Shown here piece after piece: positions 12,928-25,834 of a stretch of DNA of 64,000 nucleotides. The notes under the pieces were generated by a model. The model worked only from the letters and a program-made list of their open reading frames with translations. It ran no database searches and was not told the DNA's origin. The first letter of the stretch is position 1, and every line of letters begins with the position of its first letter. This stretch comes from Octopus vulgaris (lineage: Eukaryota). The translations under genes and the position numbers were made by a program. The stretch spans positions 93,682,001-93,746,000 of the forward strand of contig OX597816.1 in the NCBI GenBank assembly GCA_951406725.2, in the 5' to 3' direction.

Positions 12928-14715
12928 TTCACTGGTCCCAATCCTGAATTATACGGTCATTATATTGACGACTGTATCGGTGCGACCTGACTCTCTCGCG
13001 AACATCTAGACTCTACTCTCTTTTGTCAAATCTTTCCATCCTGCCCTCCACTTCTCCTGCACTATTTCCGACACCTCAGTTGCCTTTCTCGACATTTCAG
13101 TCAGCATTCATCACTCCACTCTTACCACCTCCATCCACTACAAACACACAGACTCACACTCATACCTCAACTTAATCACACCAAGCTCTCTATCCTCTAT
13201 TCCCAATTCCCAATTCTTCCGCCTACGTAGGCTCTGCAGTGACAACCATGACTTTGAGACTCAGTCGCAACTCAAGGCTCGCCACTTCATCCTACGTGGA
13301 TATCCTCTCACCACTATCCACACCACCCTTGCCAGTGCTTCTGCTCTCTCCCCCACACCTTCTCCGCCGTCACCCGTCTCTCGTTTTCCTTCACCTACAA
13401 CCCCACCACCCTGCCTCTCCAACGCACCATTCTCCGAGCCTTCCGCATCTCCAGTCCGACCCCTCCACTTCGCACATCTTCCCTAACAAACACCTCCCCA
13501 CCTTCAAAAGAGCACAAAACCTGCGGGACTTCTCGGTCCACAGCTTCTTTCCCAACCCAACCTCCCAATCCGACTCGTTCCCTTGCTCCCGCCCACGCTG
13601 CCGCACTTGCCTGTACCTCTCCATCACCATCCTCCTCACAGGCACCCATCATCGACCCTATGATATCACTGACTCCTTCGCATACACTTCTAGCAACGTC
13701 ATCTACTGCATCTTCTGCTCTCTCTGTCCTCTATACATCGGTCAAACGGGACGCCGCTTGGCTGACCGGTTTGCGGAACACCTCCGAGACATCAGACTCG
13801 GCAATGGTAACCCGGTCTCGCACCATTTCCGCTCTACCGGTCACTCTTTACAACTGTCTGTGTTCGGATTGTCCTTGCACAGGGACCATCCGGACTCCCG
13901 TCTTCGCCGTGAGGAGGGATTAATCTTCTCTCTTCGTTCCTTTGCGCTACATGGGCTCAACTCTCATCCTCTCTTCATCTAACCCTCCCCATCTCTTCTC
14001 TCTTCCTCTCACACCTACTTCCTCCCACCCACCTCTCCTCTCTTGCTCTGGCATCTACTTCCTCTCTTCACTCCTACCCACCTTCTTCCTTCCACCCTCT
14101 CCCTTCATCGTCACCCCGTCGTTACCCCACCGCTACACATTCTAACTCCACCATCCCTATACATCCCGTCTCACACCCACCCCATCCCTTAAACCCCACC
14201 CTTGCTTCCCCACTCTCGTCTCCCCTCACCTCAATACCACCACACCACACACACTATACCACACTACACCACATCACACTACCCTTCACACATTAGCACT
14301 GACCACTTCCCAGCACCCACACCAGCGCACACACTAGCACTGACCACTTCCCAGCAGCTACACCATCATCCACACATGCACACACGCACGTCAAAGTCCC
14401 CAGCCTCCTTCCACACGCACATACACACTCTCACATACACACGTACCTTCATTTTGGGATCACCACTACATTATTATCTCCCCTTCTTCCTAGCTCTCCT
14501 GTGTGACTTCTCTATCCGGCATTCGCCATGTTAGATCACTAGCCACTAAACCTTTTTCTATTTTCTCTCCATGTTTATTTCCGTTCCTTTCTGTCGAAGA
14601 GCATAGGCTTGAAACGTAAAAGACTTGCTCACTTCCCGAGCTTTAAACTAATACATCTGTTTGTTGTTTACACACCTGTCTTCCTCTTTTGTTTTTTTGT
14701 AAATTCTCACTATAT
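12928..14715 (+). mobile_element. Penelope-like element (Neptune-type), 5'-truncated: RT C-terminus, GIY-YIG endonuclease and 3' pseudo-LTR
   Basis: YGHYIDDCIG (RT), VAFLDISVSI, TSIHYKHTDSHSYL, Cys linker CSRPRCRTC and NVIYCIFCSLCPLYIGQTGRRLADRFAEH...HGLN. The 3' repeat contains an HHR motif and is homologous to 28075-28280. Confidence 0.92.
14587..14622 (+). ncRNA. Minimal type I hammerhead-like motif in the Penelope 3' repeat (CUGUCGA core)
   Basis: cuuu-CUGUCGA-a-GAGC auag GCUU-GAAACGUA-aaag. Stem I is cuuu/aaag, stem II has 4 bp, stem III is the palindrome ACGU and the cleavage triplet is GUA. Confidence 0.65.
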
Positions 14716-15185
14716 ATTCATATATATATATGCACACACACGCACACACAGACACACACATATGCGAAATGATGCTTCCACACACACAAATTTAGATAAA
14801 TATTTATTTCAAATTTATAACTCAAAGTATTTTCGTAGGTTACATATAAATCCACCTGTACCTGAAAGCCACGCCCATCTATGAGACCAGAAATTTTAAT
14901 TATTTAATTCTCGTTATTGTATCTAATTCTCAAATCGAAATATAACTATATTCTGTCATTATATAACTATATTCTGTACTCCCATACACGCACATACATA
15001 CACATGCACACTTACACTTACACACACACGCACACATACACACACATGCACACATACACACACGTACACACATACATATAAGTGAGTAAATCATTTGCAG
15101 TAGTTCTAAAAAGGTTGTCTATATACAGCACGAATAGTCGATACTCTGTAGAAAAACCCTGTATAGCCTGGTGGATGCATTTTCT

Positions 15186-15445
15186 ATCTCATCACCACCA
15201 GATACTAAAAGAGGTCATTCCGACTGACTAGAAAGCGTTGCTTCCTTTATCAGAATTCAATAAATATTATTTACTGAGCGCACACAGACCGCCTTCATTG
15301 CTTCGCTCACCTGCCCACGTATTTGTTCCGGCCCTAGCGGCCAAAGTGCGATATCAATAAATACTATTTTCTGATTTCTGATAAAGGAAGCAAAGCTTTC
15401 CAATCAGCTCAGGATTGCCTCTCTTGGTATCTGGTGCTAAGGATA
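15186..15445. repeat. Diverged inverted repeat (about 95-bp arms)
   Basis: caccagatac...gcttcctttatcagaattca pairs with tgatttctgataaaggaagc...gtatctggtg. Confidence 0.8.
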
Positions 15446-15892
15446 AGTAAAGAGTTCACAATGTCTATATCTGTCCGATCTTTCTTTCTTTGCTTGACTG
15501 CCGGTCGCGAAACATCTCTTATATTCATGTCTCTTAACTTTCATCTCTTATGTTTACCTATGTTCCTGCCTCAAGATTTTCACTCTACACACGCCAGCTG
15601 AACTTGATTCGCCCTTATTAGTCGAAACACACCTATTGCTATTGTCTTGTTGTTTGCATTTATCATTGTGTAACATGTTCTCCATTCTTTTTTTTTTTTT
15701 TGTTGTCATATACATTCGCTTTCTTTCTCACCCCAAAATTAATGCTCTTAGCTTAGATATTAGCTTAGAGTCTTAATTGTAACTGCCCGAAACTGAAAAG
15801 ATAATTTGGAACTTAACTGATGAGAGGAGGCTGCGAATGACCCGTCCTTGTTTTTTCCCGTCCCTCTTTTTATTGATTCATATTTGAATATA

Positions 15893-16178
15893 TATTTGTA
15901 ATATAATATGTGACAAGTATTCGGTTGGCATAATAAAACTCCGAGTTTCGGATGTCGGTGCGGAAATGTGCCCCGGCATCTCTTCAAGTATCGGGGCAAT
16001 TAAAATATTTTAATTACCTCGATAACTGAAGAGATGCCGGTGCACGTATTCGCGCCGACATCCGAAACTCGGAGTTTATTATGGCAACCGAATAATTGTC
16101 ACATATTATATTACAAATAAATTCCTCTCTTTACATAATATCGAGGTCTCTTTCATTCCTTTGCTATCTTACCATTAC
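15893..16178. mobile_element. Fold-back (palindromic) Penelope-type terminal-repeat insertion with an HHR motif in each arm
   Basis: About 113-bp arms around aattaaaatattttaatt. CTGAAGA...CGAAACTCGGAGTT at 16026-16076 is mirrored at about 15935-15987. The tail matches the reverse complement of 23080-23165. Confidence 0.75.
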
Positions 16179-16441
16179 TATATATGTATATACATATGTG
16201 TATGTGTATAGGTATGTATTTTACTAGTTCGTGGACAGGCTGCCATTATAGGCGTAAGAATATATTCTCAACAATTTGTCTGGTGTTAAAACATCTGGAA
16301 GCCATAAACAAGCGAGATAACTCGCATCAGGTGCCATTACAGGAGCGATAGACATTAATGCTTCCTCATTTTTGTGACTTGTCATGTATATTTATGTATA
16401 CATATATGCATGTATATCTATATATATGAATATATGTCAAA

Positions 16442-16444
<3 letters not shown>

Positions 16445-16506
<62 letters not shown>

Positions 16507-16520
16507 GTATGTATGTATGT
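16445..16520. repeat. (TA)n microsatellite
   Basis: Direct reading. Confidence 0.95.
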
Positions 16521-17331
16521 AAAGGTAACAGCATTTACCTAATAGAGTCCCAAACAAACATTTCACCATTTCACTGTGTGCATTCCTCTAACAACTTTGG
16601 ACTCAGGTAACAAAATCATAAGCTATCAAAAACAAAAATATGCTACTATGTTGTGTACGAACGAGAGGTATACACCTCGGTATCTGAGAATCTTCCAGAA
16701 CTTAGATGATGGATGAGCTACTGTGAACCAGGAAACATTTCTTTATAGCAGTCATTGCTTATAGACTGGCGACTCGATGTCTGAAACTATTCGGAAGCTA
16801 AGAGGGCAGATCGTAACCGTATGCATATATGTAAGCTGTAGTGTAGGTGTTTTTGAATGTATGTATGTATATGTTTGCATGTGTGTGTATGTGTGTGTAT
16901 GTGTGTGTATGTGTGTGTACGCGTGTTCAAATAAGTGAATGCCAGCAAAAGTAAGTCGTATGTCGATTTCAATAAGGGCCGCCCTCTCAGACTTGTCTTT
17001 TGGCACTCGGCCACACACTACAATCGGCTATGAACCACGATATCCTACTGTGACAACTTCCAAGGGGAAGAAGAAAAGAGAGAAAGAGAGAAATTTCAAA
17101 AACTTATAAATCTGGAGCCAAACACATTTATATGTTTGATTTATTGTTGATTTTGCTATTTTACTATTTGCTCTTGTTACACTTGCTCTTGTTTACTGCA
17201 GCCATCACAAGCACCACTACAACCACCACCAACACGATTATAACAACTACTACTACGACTACGGCAGTGACATTCGTTGTGGCTGCCGCTGGTGATGATG
17301 ATCTTATTGTTTAAAGTGTGTGCGTGCGTGC

Positions 17332-17400
<69 letters not shown>

Positions 17401-17541
17401 TGTGTGTGTCATAGTGCATGTTCAAACATTTAGAGCAGTTTAGACATTCAGAAGGAACAAGAAGTCGACTGAGCCTCACAGCAATGTTAACGTACACAGA
17501 GTAAACTCGTTCTTTAACCGTGTATTATGTAAGAAATTACC

Positions 17542-17959
17542 TATTTCTTTATTGCCCACAAGGGGCTAAATACAGAGAGGACAAACAAGGACAGACAAAC
17601 GGATTAAATCGATTACAACGACCCCAGTGCGTAACTGGTACTTAATCTATCGACCTCGAGAGGATGAAAGGCAAAGTCTACCTCGGCGGAATTTGAACTC
17701 AGAACGTAACGGCAGACGAAATACCTATTTCATTACTACCCACAAGGGGCCAAACACAGAGGGGACAAACAAGGACAGACACACGGATTAAGTCGATTAT
17801 ATCGACCCCAGTGCGTAACTGATACTTATTAAATCGATCCCGAAAGGATGAAAGACAAAGTCGACCTCGGCGGAATTTGAACTCAGAACGTGACGGCAAA
17901 CGAAATACCGCTAAGCATTCCGCCCAGCGTGCTAACGTTTCTGCCAGCTCGCCGCCTTA
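17542..17959 (-). mobile_element. SINE family A, full copy plus tandem partial copy, with 19-bp TSD
   Basis: tRNA-like head (ggcggcgagctggcagaaacg...gagttcaaattcc) and Meta-like core (gtctttcatcctttcgggatcgat). TSD tattatgtaagaaattacc at 17523-17541 and 17960-17978. Confidence 0.9.
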
Positions 17960-17989
17960 TATTATGTAAGAAATTACCGTCATCATCAA

Positions 17990-18270
17990 CATCATCTCAT
18001 CGTTCAGCGTTGTCCGAGCATCCTTGTTTTGTTGGGCATGCTCAAATTATCACCACATTTATTCCATTTGAGATGGAGAGTGCTTTCCGTAGTATTTGGG
18101 CTGTACCCAACAAGGTTATCTTTTGTAGTTCACCGAGATTGGAGTTACCAGGGAGTTGCTTAATATACTTCTCAGATCCCTTTTTATCATTCCCAACCCA
18201 CTAATTACCACTGGTATTATCGTTGTACTCAGCTTCTACATTTCTATAATTTCAGTTTGCAGATCTTTAT
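17990..18270 (-). mobile_element. R4/Dong-type LINE 3' fragment
   Basis: Minus-strand ELQKITLLGTAQILRKAL is the conserved C-terminus following the REL endonuclease. Confidence 0.7.
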
Positions 18271-18295
18271 AGTGAGAAAGCTTTTTGTATTCCTT

Positions 18296-20200
18296 TCTTG
18301 AGCCATTTTGATCTTGTGGCTGTTTGGGCAGGGTTATGGGTCGACTTTACGTCGTATCTGGACGGCCTACCACGGCTCTCGGTAATGGTCGTGAAATTCT
18401 GCGAAAAACCGATTATTACAGCTACTGAAATACAGGAGGCGATGAGCGATTGCACAAGTCGCAAATCGCCCGGTTTGGATAGTCTACCCTACGAATTCTA
18501 TGTATTCAGTCCAGATTTGTTGGTAGCCTCTCGGCAGACGACTACAGTAACTGGCAGCAGAAAGGCAGAATTCCTAGTGCTGTTAGCCGGGATATGGTAA
18601 TATTGCTGAGAAAGGATGCCGACAATGAAGACGTACTAGGGAATTTTCGACCCATAACTCTGCTAAACACAGAGTTTCAGATTTTGGCCAAGGTGTTAGC
18701 GAAAAGTTTGACACTTGTCGCCGGTAGTCTGGTCGGGGAGGCAAAAACGTGCGCAATGCCAAGCAGGTCTATCCACAACCTCCACCCTATGCGCTACATT
18801 GTAGAAAGAGCTGGGGCTAACGCTGACTTCGGTGGAGCCCTGATCAATTTAGATCAGTTGAAAGCTTTCGATAGGGTCGACCATCGCTTCTTGAAAGCCG
18901 TTCTTAAATTGGCCGGTTTCGGGCCCGTTTTCCGAGGCTGGATTACTGCAATGCCCACTGGTACTTGTTCGGTGGTCAAAGTAAATGACCACCTATCGGA
19001 ACCGTTTAGTATCGCATGTTCGGTCCATCGGGGCTGACCGCTGTCACCTCTTCTGTATGCCCTGGCTCTCGAACCACTGCTGCAGAAGTTGGATCAGTTA
19101 AAAGGCCTCTCTTTCGAAATTGGACTCGGGAGGGCGGTGTCGGTCTACGCGGACGCCTCCGAAGTGGAGACGATCGGCTCCACTGTAAGCGAATATGAGT
19201 CGGTTGCAGGGGCCAAAATCGGAAGGATTGTGACTGGGCACCTGGAGAGGCAGATTGATGCCGTCGGGCGGCAGTTAAAGTTTTAAACCAGTTAAACTGC
19301 TGGGGGTCTGGTTCGGTCCCGACCTCCAGGTGGATAAGAATTGGGAAGCGGTGACGAACAGGGTGACCTGTCTTACCTAGAAATGGGCTGAGATGAAGTT
19401 ATCTCTGAAAGGTCGGGCAAAGGTGGCGAATGCCTACATCGTCTCTGTCATTATTTATTGTCTGACCGTCCTGCCTGATCTCAGTTACTACTTGATTAGA
19501 TTGGAGAGTATCCTGTTTATTTTCTTGTCGAAGGGACGCGTTCCAATGGTCAGGCGATCGGTCTGCTGCCAACTTCCTTTGCGTGGCAGATTAGGCATGC
19601 CGTGGCTTTTAATGCGCAGACACGCATTAAAAGTGTGGACTCCATTCGTGAGACACCTTTCTGCAGCTTGTCTCCTTGATTGAGCTGCAGTCTTGGGAAA
19701 AGGATAGGCCGAGCCTTGGTGCCTTGCACTTAGAATATCGTCAGGCGCTCACTGTTCTCTACAAGTCGGGCAATAGGATCGGTGGATGTTCCACTTTAGA
19801 TATGTACAGAGGATTAGTAGCAAGGAAGTGCGACGACATCTTTAGGGATATTCAAGGCGTCGACGAAGACGAACTGGTAAGTCTACTCCAGATGACTTAG
19901 CCACGTTAGCGTGAATTTTTTTGTAGTGTTTTTGGGCCTGCTTACTACACTCACTCACAATGCGTGAGATTGTTTCTTTTCTGCTGCCACGCATTCAACA
20001 AGGGCCATTCGCTGCTCTTATATATTTGGAACTTGGTATAATTACTTCTCAGAGCTAGTTCCTGGTCCTCTGTGCATCTTTACAGGTAACTTTTTCTTAC
20101 CCATGTCCAAGTGTTGATCTTGTATTTTCCTTTGCTTTCTCAGAGGCATTGCCCGTTCAGCGGTTACATTTTCTACTTGTTTACTATTTTCATCTTCATC
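18296..20200 (+). mobile_element. Tx1/L1-clade LINE, decayed ORF2 (RT)
   Basis: KSPGLDSLPYEFY, NFRPITLLNTEFQILAKVLA, LDQLKAFDRVDH, G*PLSPLLYALALEPLL, VSVYAD and LSLKGRAKVANAYI, with multiple frameshifts. Confidence 0.88.
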
Positions 20201-20204
20201 GCGT

Positions 20205-20251
20205 TTCTTCTTCATCTTCTTCTTCTTCTTCTTCTTCTTCTTCTTCTTCTT

Positions 20252-20313
<62 letters not shown>
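20205..20313. repeat. (CTT)n(ATT)n compound microsatellite
   Basis: Direct reading. Confidence 0.95.
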
Positions 20314-20315
<2 letters not shown>

Positions 20316-20478
20316 TATGTTTGACTTTTGCTTTATATTTGTACAAGTTGGCTCCAAGTCTCACCCAGAGACCTCAAGAGACAACAGGGTTGGAAGTTCA
20401 TGTTGTTGTTATGCCTAGTGTGCCATATATTTCGGGGGTGGGGATGTTGTACTAATGAATGTCTAAAAAGAAAAAAAA

Positions 20479-20510
<32 letters not shown>

Positions 20511-20534
20511 AATGTTGGTCAAGGTTAACGTTAG

Positions 20535-21112
<578 letters not shown>

Positions 21113-21344
21113 ACCATTATTATTTTCATTAGCATCTTCCTTCAATTCTGTTTCCATTTCTTGCTGAGTGTCTTCGTGACACCTAGGGGAGAAAAACATA
21201 GTGTATACATTGGTAGGCCATCAAAACAAACACACCAGATTGTTCATTTACAAAGTTATGTGATAGGGGAAGAAAGACAGAGAGAAAAAGGAAAAATAAA
21301 AATATAAACAAAGAAAATAAAGGGGGAAAAAGGGAAGAAAATTC

Positions 21345-21622
21345 ACTGCGACAATGCTCTTCTCAATACGTGTGACATACCAGTTATGAAAATATTTTGC
21401 ACTTCCTACATGGATAGTAAGCCACGGATCATTCTGAAATAATTTTCAGTTCGTTTTTTAATCATTCCAAGTGCTCCTAAAGTCCCTAGTATTGTAACAG
21501 TCTTGAGATGCCACATCTTTTCGATTTCGATTATCAAACCTTTACATTTTCAGAGCTTTTCAAATTCTTTTGCCGAGATATTATGGTCTCAGAGTATGCT
21601 AATGTCAATCAATAAGCAGACT
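21345..21622 (-). mobile_element. R4/Dong-type LINE REL endonuclease/C-terminal fragment
   Basis: KVCLLIDISIL*DHNISAKEFEKL*KCKGLIIEIEKMWHLKTVTILGTLGALGMIK...VQNIFITGMSHVLRRAL. Abuts an (AAT/AAC)n tract. Confidence 0.8.
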
Positions 21623-22529
21623 TTATTATTGTTATTGTTATTATTGTTATTATTGTTGTTATTGTTGTCTGTCAACACTGCAAACACAACAGCAAGAGGA
21701 GAGGCTAACACCACAAGCGGGAAAAACAGCTCCATCGCTACCATAATCAAAGGAAATTCCATACTATTTCCCCTCCGCCGAAACAAAAACAAATATGCAC
21801 GCGCAGATCACTCTGAAGCTGATAATTCGGTGAAGTCGAAAGGAAACTACACATGTGAATAGGAACTGCAACGAGGTTATAAGCAGGTGCGAACAGATCA
21901 CACTCAGATACAGGCTGAGAGGGAGCTGTCCCTGGGAGGTTGGACTCAAATATCGAACGTGTACACTGTCTACATTAGATATTACCGATTGACCGTCCTG
22001 ACTGGCTCCAGTTTTTGTCTAACGAAATTAGGGTGCCTGCATTTTGTCGAAGATGTTTCTTAAAGACCCAGTTGTCCATCGTTTGTCCTATAGCGATTAA
22101 TACGTGCTGGAATGTCATATCCACGCACATGCAAGGATCTTATAATAATTCTGTTTGTCATTGCATTATTTAGCCTGTTGTTAACGTTTTCATGTGATTA
22201 GAGAAAAAGAGAGAAAGAAAAGAAGGAAGGAGAAAAAGAGGGTGCGAGAAGCGTCCATGGAAATGTAATTGTAAAGTTTTCACGTGATTAGGAAAAGAGA
22301 GAATAAGAGAAAGAAAAAGGAGAGAGAAAAAGATGATAAGGCGAAGAATGAAGCAGAAAGAGAGAGAAAGAAAAAAGAGGGAGAGGGAAAGACGGAGAGA
22401 GAAGCGTCCATGACATGTGATAGGGGGAACGTAATATTTATTACGTAGTTAAAAAAGTTAGTTGAAGGTAGTGATACAGAGGAGAGTTAGAAATATAATT
22501 TTAGCAGAGATATTCTGATGGTGAGATTA

Positions 22530-22622
22530 AAATAAGTCCTGAGGTCGATTCGTTCGACTAAAACCCTTCAAGGTGGTGCTTTAACATGGCCGCAGTCAAA
22601 TGACTGAAACAAGTAAAAGAAT
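22530..22622 (+). mobile_element. SINE family B 3' fragment
   Basis: aataagtcctgaggtcgattcgttcgactaaa...catggccgcagtcaaatgactgaaacaagtaaaaga. Confidence 0.8.
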
Positions 22623-22632
22623 GTTTATATAG

Positions 22633-22633
22633 G

Positions 22634-22699
<66 letters not shown>
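22633..22699. repeat. (GATA)n microsatellite
   Basis: Direct reading. Confidence 0.95.
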
Positions 22700-22701
<2 letters not shown>

Positions 22702-22763
22702 TAATTCAAAAAACAGAGGAATAAGAAAAAGAAAAGAAAAAGAATATATATATATATATATAT

Positions 22764-23274
<511 letters not shown>

Positions 23275-23277
<3 letters not shown>

Positions 23278-23565
23278 CGGAGATGTACTCGCATAGCAAG
23301 TAATTTGATCTGAGATCGTGTGCTGAAACGAAAACAATTGCAGCGTGGAAGGTGTTTATAAGCCATTTAAGAAACACACAAAAGCCGTTCGATTCACTTC
23401 AACATTTAAGTTTAATTTGTCAAAATATTTTCGTCGCAAAAAATCCGCGACCTGTTCACTGACAAAGTCCGTGCTATTTTGACAAATTAAACTTAAATGT
23501 TGAAGTGAATCGAACGGCTTTTGTGTGTTTCTTAAATGGCTTATAAACACCTTCCACGCTGCAAT

Positions 23566-23571
<6 letters not shown>
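23275..23571 (-). mobile_element. Young fold-back element with perfect 97-bp inverted arms, embedded in (TA)n
   Basis: 23331-23427 is the exact reverse complement of 23475-23571. The spacer holds the HHR core. Confidence 0.85.
23416..23466 (-). ncRNA. Type I hammerhead-like ribozyme with G3:C8 core swap
   Basis: UUUGUCA-GUGAACA-g-GUCGC ggauuuuuu GCGAC-GAA-AAUAUU-U-UGACAAA gives a 7-bp stem I, a 5-bp stem II and a palindromic stem III. Confidence 0.65.
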
Positions 23572-23620
<49 letters not shown>

Positions 23621-25049
23621 CATACATACACACACACGCACACATGTATGAAATATATACAATTATGCTTAAAGTATATTTGCAATACACATATGCATGT
23701 GCGCAACAACTTTAGCAGAACCGTAAAAAATGTTGGTGTTGAAATGAGAATTTAAAGTAGATTGAAGAAATAGCTGGGCAATCTTAAATCAAAAATCTTT
23801 TGAAGCCCAGTGAATTAAATCACTTTAAAAAAAGCTGTGATCCACTCACAACGTTCCATTTGGAATAATTAATATAAAACCCTCAAGGAAGCAACCGTCA
23901 CACCGGCTAACGAAACGCACTTGGCATAATTTAATTGTACTTAAAGGCAAAATAGTCAATAGCAGGTTCCACCCTAAACAAAATTTATTCTTCTATATTC
24001 TCTTTCCTTCTTTCTCAGACATCACTTACATTCCATTTCATAGCTTTTTCCCTCTAATTATTGTCGTCGACATGATAATATTCTAGATCCCTCCTTAAAC
24101 TAGAGTAATATAGGAAGTCAAGTGAGCACATAAATTCAAGCTTCATCAGAGCAGTTTTTCTAAATTTGATTTTCATGTAACGTAAACCATTAAAAAACGT
24201 TGACAGAGATTATATATTATATGCAGTTTTTTTCAAAGGGGAAGGGAAGTCGTATATCCTGATGAAGACTTCTTTAGATCTCTGTAGGGAGGGATTTAGT
24301 TAATTTGTTACAGTTGACTGTGTTCTGAGGTGTTCGTGTATATAATGAAAAACATTAAAATAGTGTCAGCAAGAAACTCACAAAGTAATATGCCCATTTA
24401 ATAACCAATTGATTACCTATCATTGTGAATATATTTATGATGGCTGTTATACAATAAATAATTCCACCACACACACACACACATACACATACTCAAACGC
24501 ACGCGCACATATGCACACACACACTTTCTCTCTATCTCTCTCTTCTAACAATTGTTGCTCCTCTAAGAATTTGCTTCTTGCATGAGAGCAAAGATGCACA
24601 TATTTCATGCTACCAGTTTCTCCTCGCCTTTGAACTACCACCCTATGTTATCCACCACGATGAGTCAGAGTACCACACATTGCTGCAGAGTCTAATTTTG
24701 GCATGGTTTCTACAGCTAGATGCATTTCCTAGCACCGATCACTTCACAGTATGTACTGGGTTTCCTTTTTTTACATGGTACTTGCACTACAATGGTTGTC
24801 TTGTTCTCAGTTAGATTAAATAGTCCTTTTAACAGCGTGTTGTCTCTGAAGGATTCACCAGCTACTTTACAGAGTGTATTATGTATTCGTATGCTTGTCA
24901 ATAGAGTGGGTGTATTAATCAAAGTATACACCCACTGTTCTAACTTCGCACAGACAATTATATAACCGAATACTAGATAATAGCGGTAATATCCCTGAAG
25001 TGCACATGGAATTATTTAGCCGCGCTGTTATCTAATCTAATATACATAT

Positions 25050-25642
25050 GAAAAGCAAAGTCGACCTCGGCGGAATTTGAACTCAGAACGTAAAGATGGA
25101 CGAAACGCCGCTAAGCATTTTTTTCCTGGCGTGCTAATGATTTTGCCAGCTTGCTGTCTTGAGGATTAATATAATATTAGTTTCACATTTTGGCACAATG
25201 TCAGCAATTTCGGAGCTGTGGGTAAGTCAATTACATCAAACCCACTATCCAACTGTTATTTATTTTAACGACTCGAAAGGGTAAAAGGCAAAGTCGTCTC
25301 GTCGGAATTTGGACTCAGAACTTAAAGATAAACGAAACACCTATTTCTTTACTACCCACAAGGGGCTAAACACAGAGAGGACAAACAAGGACAGACAAAC
25401 GGATTAAGTCGATTATATCGACCTCAGTGCGTAACTGGTACTTAATTTATCGACGCCGGAAGGATGAAAGGCAAAGTCGACCTCGGCGGAATTTGAACTC
25501 AGAACGTGACGGCAGACGATATACGGCTACGCATTTCGCCCGGCGTGCTAACGATTCTGCCAGCTCACCGGCCTAATACCAGATGAAATGCCGCTAAGCA
25601 TTTTGTCTAGTGTGCTGATGATTAAGCCAGCTCGCCGCCTTA
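25050..25642 (-). mobile_element. Cluster of nested/tandem SINE family A copies
   Basis: Three occurrences of aaagtcgacctcggcggaatttgaactcagaac-like blocks. A young copy (about 25341-25573) interrupts an older one. Confidence 0.88.
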
Positions 25643-25706
25643 AGGATTAAATAATATTAATAATTAATTAATATTGTTGTTAATTTCCTCTCAATGTACA
25701 CTTTAC

Positions 25707-25834
25707 CGCTTTATAAACGTTAGGTTCATTTGGTAATGTTGCTCTAGATACACTGTTTAAAAGTGTAGCAATGATCACCACTGGAAATGCTTTGGCTTTT
25801 AAAGGTCTTCTCGCTTGATCAAGATTTGATTTAC
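25707..25834 (-). other. Possible internal exon (128 nt)
   Basis: Minus strand: tttctcttgcttagttacAG|...|GTAAAG. Only one frame is open: (G)KSNLDQARRPLKAKAFPVVIIATLLNSVSRATLPNEPNVYKA. I recognise no homology. Confidence 0.3.

Noticed and set aside
24255-24290. Isolated CTGATGA boxes (also about 4933, 5598, 15816, 36775, 40525) as hammerheads
   Set aside because: No stem II followed by GAAA and NUH at suitable spacing.
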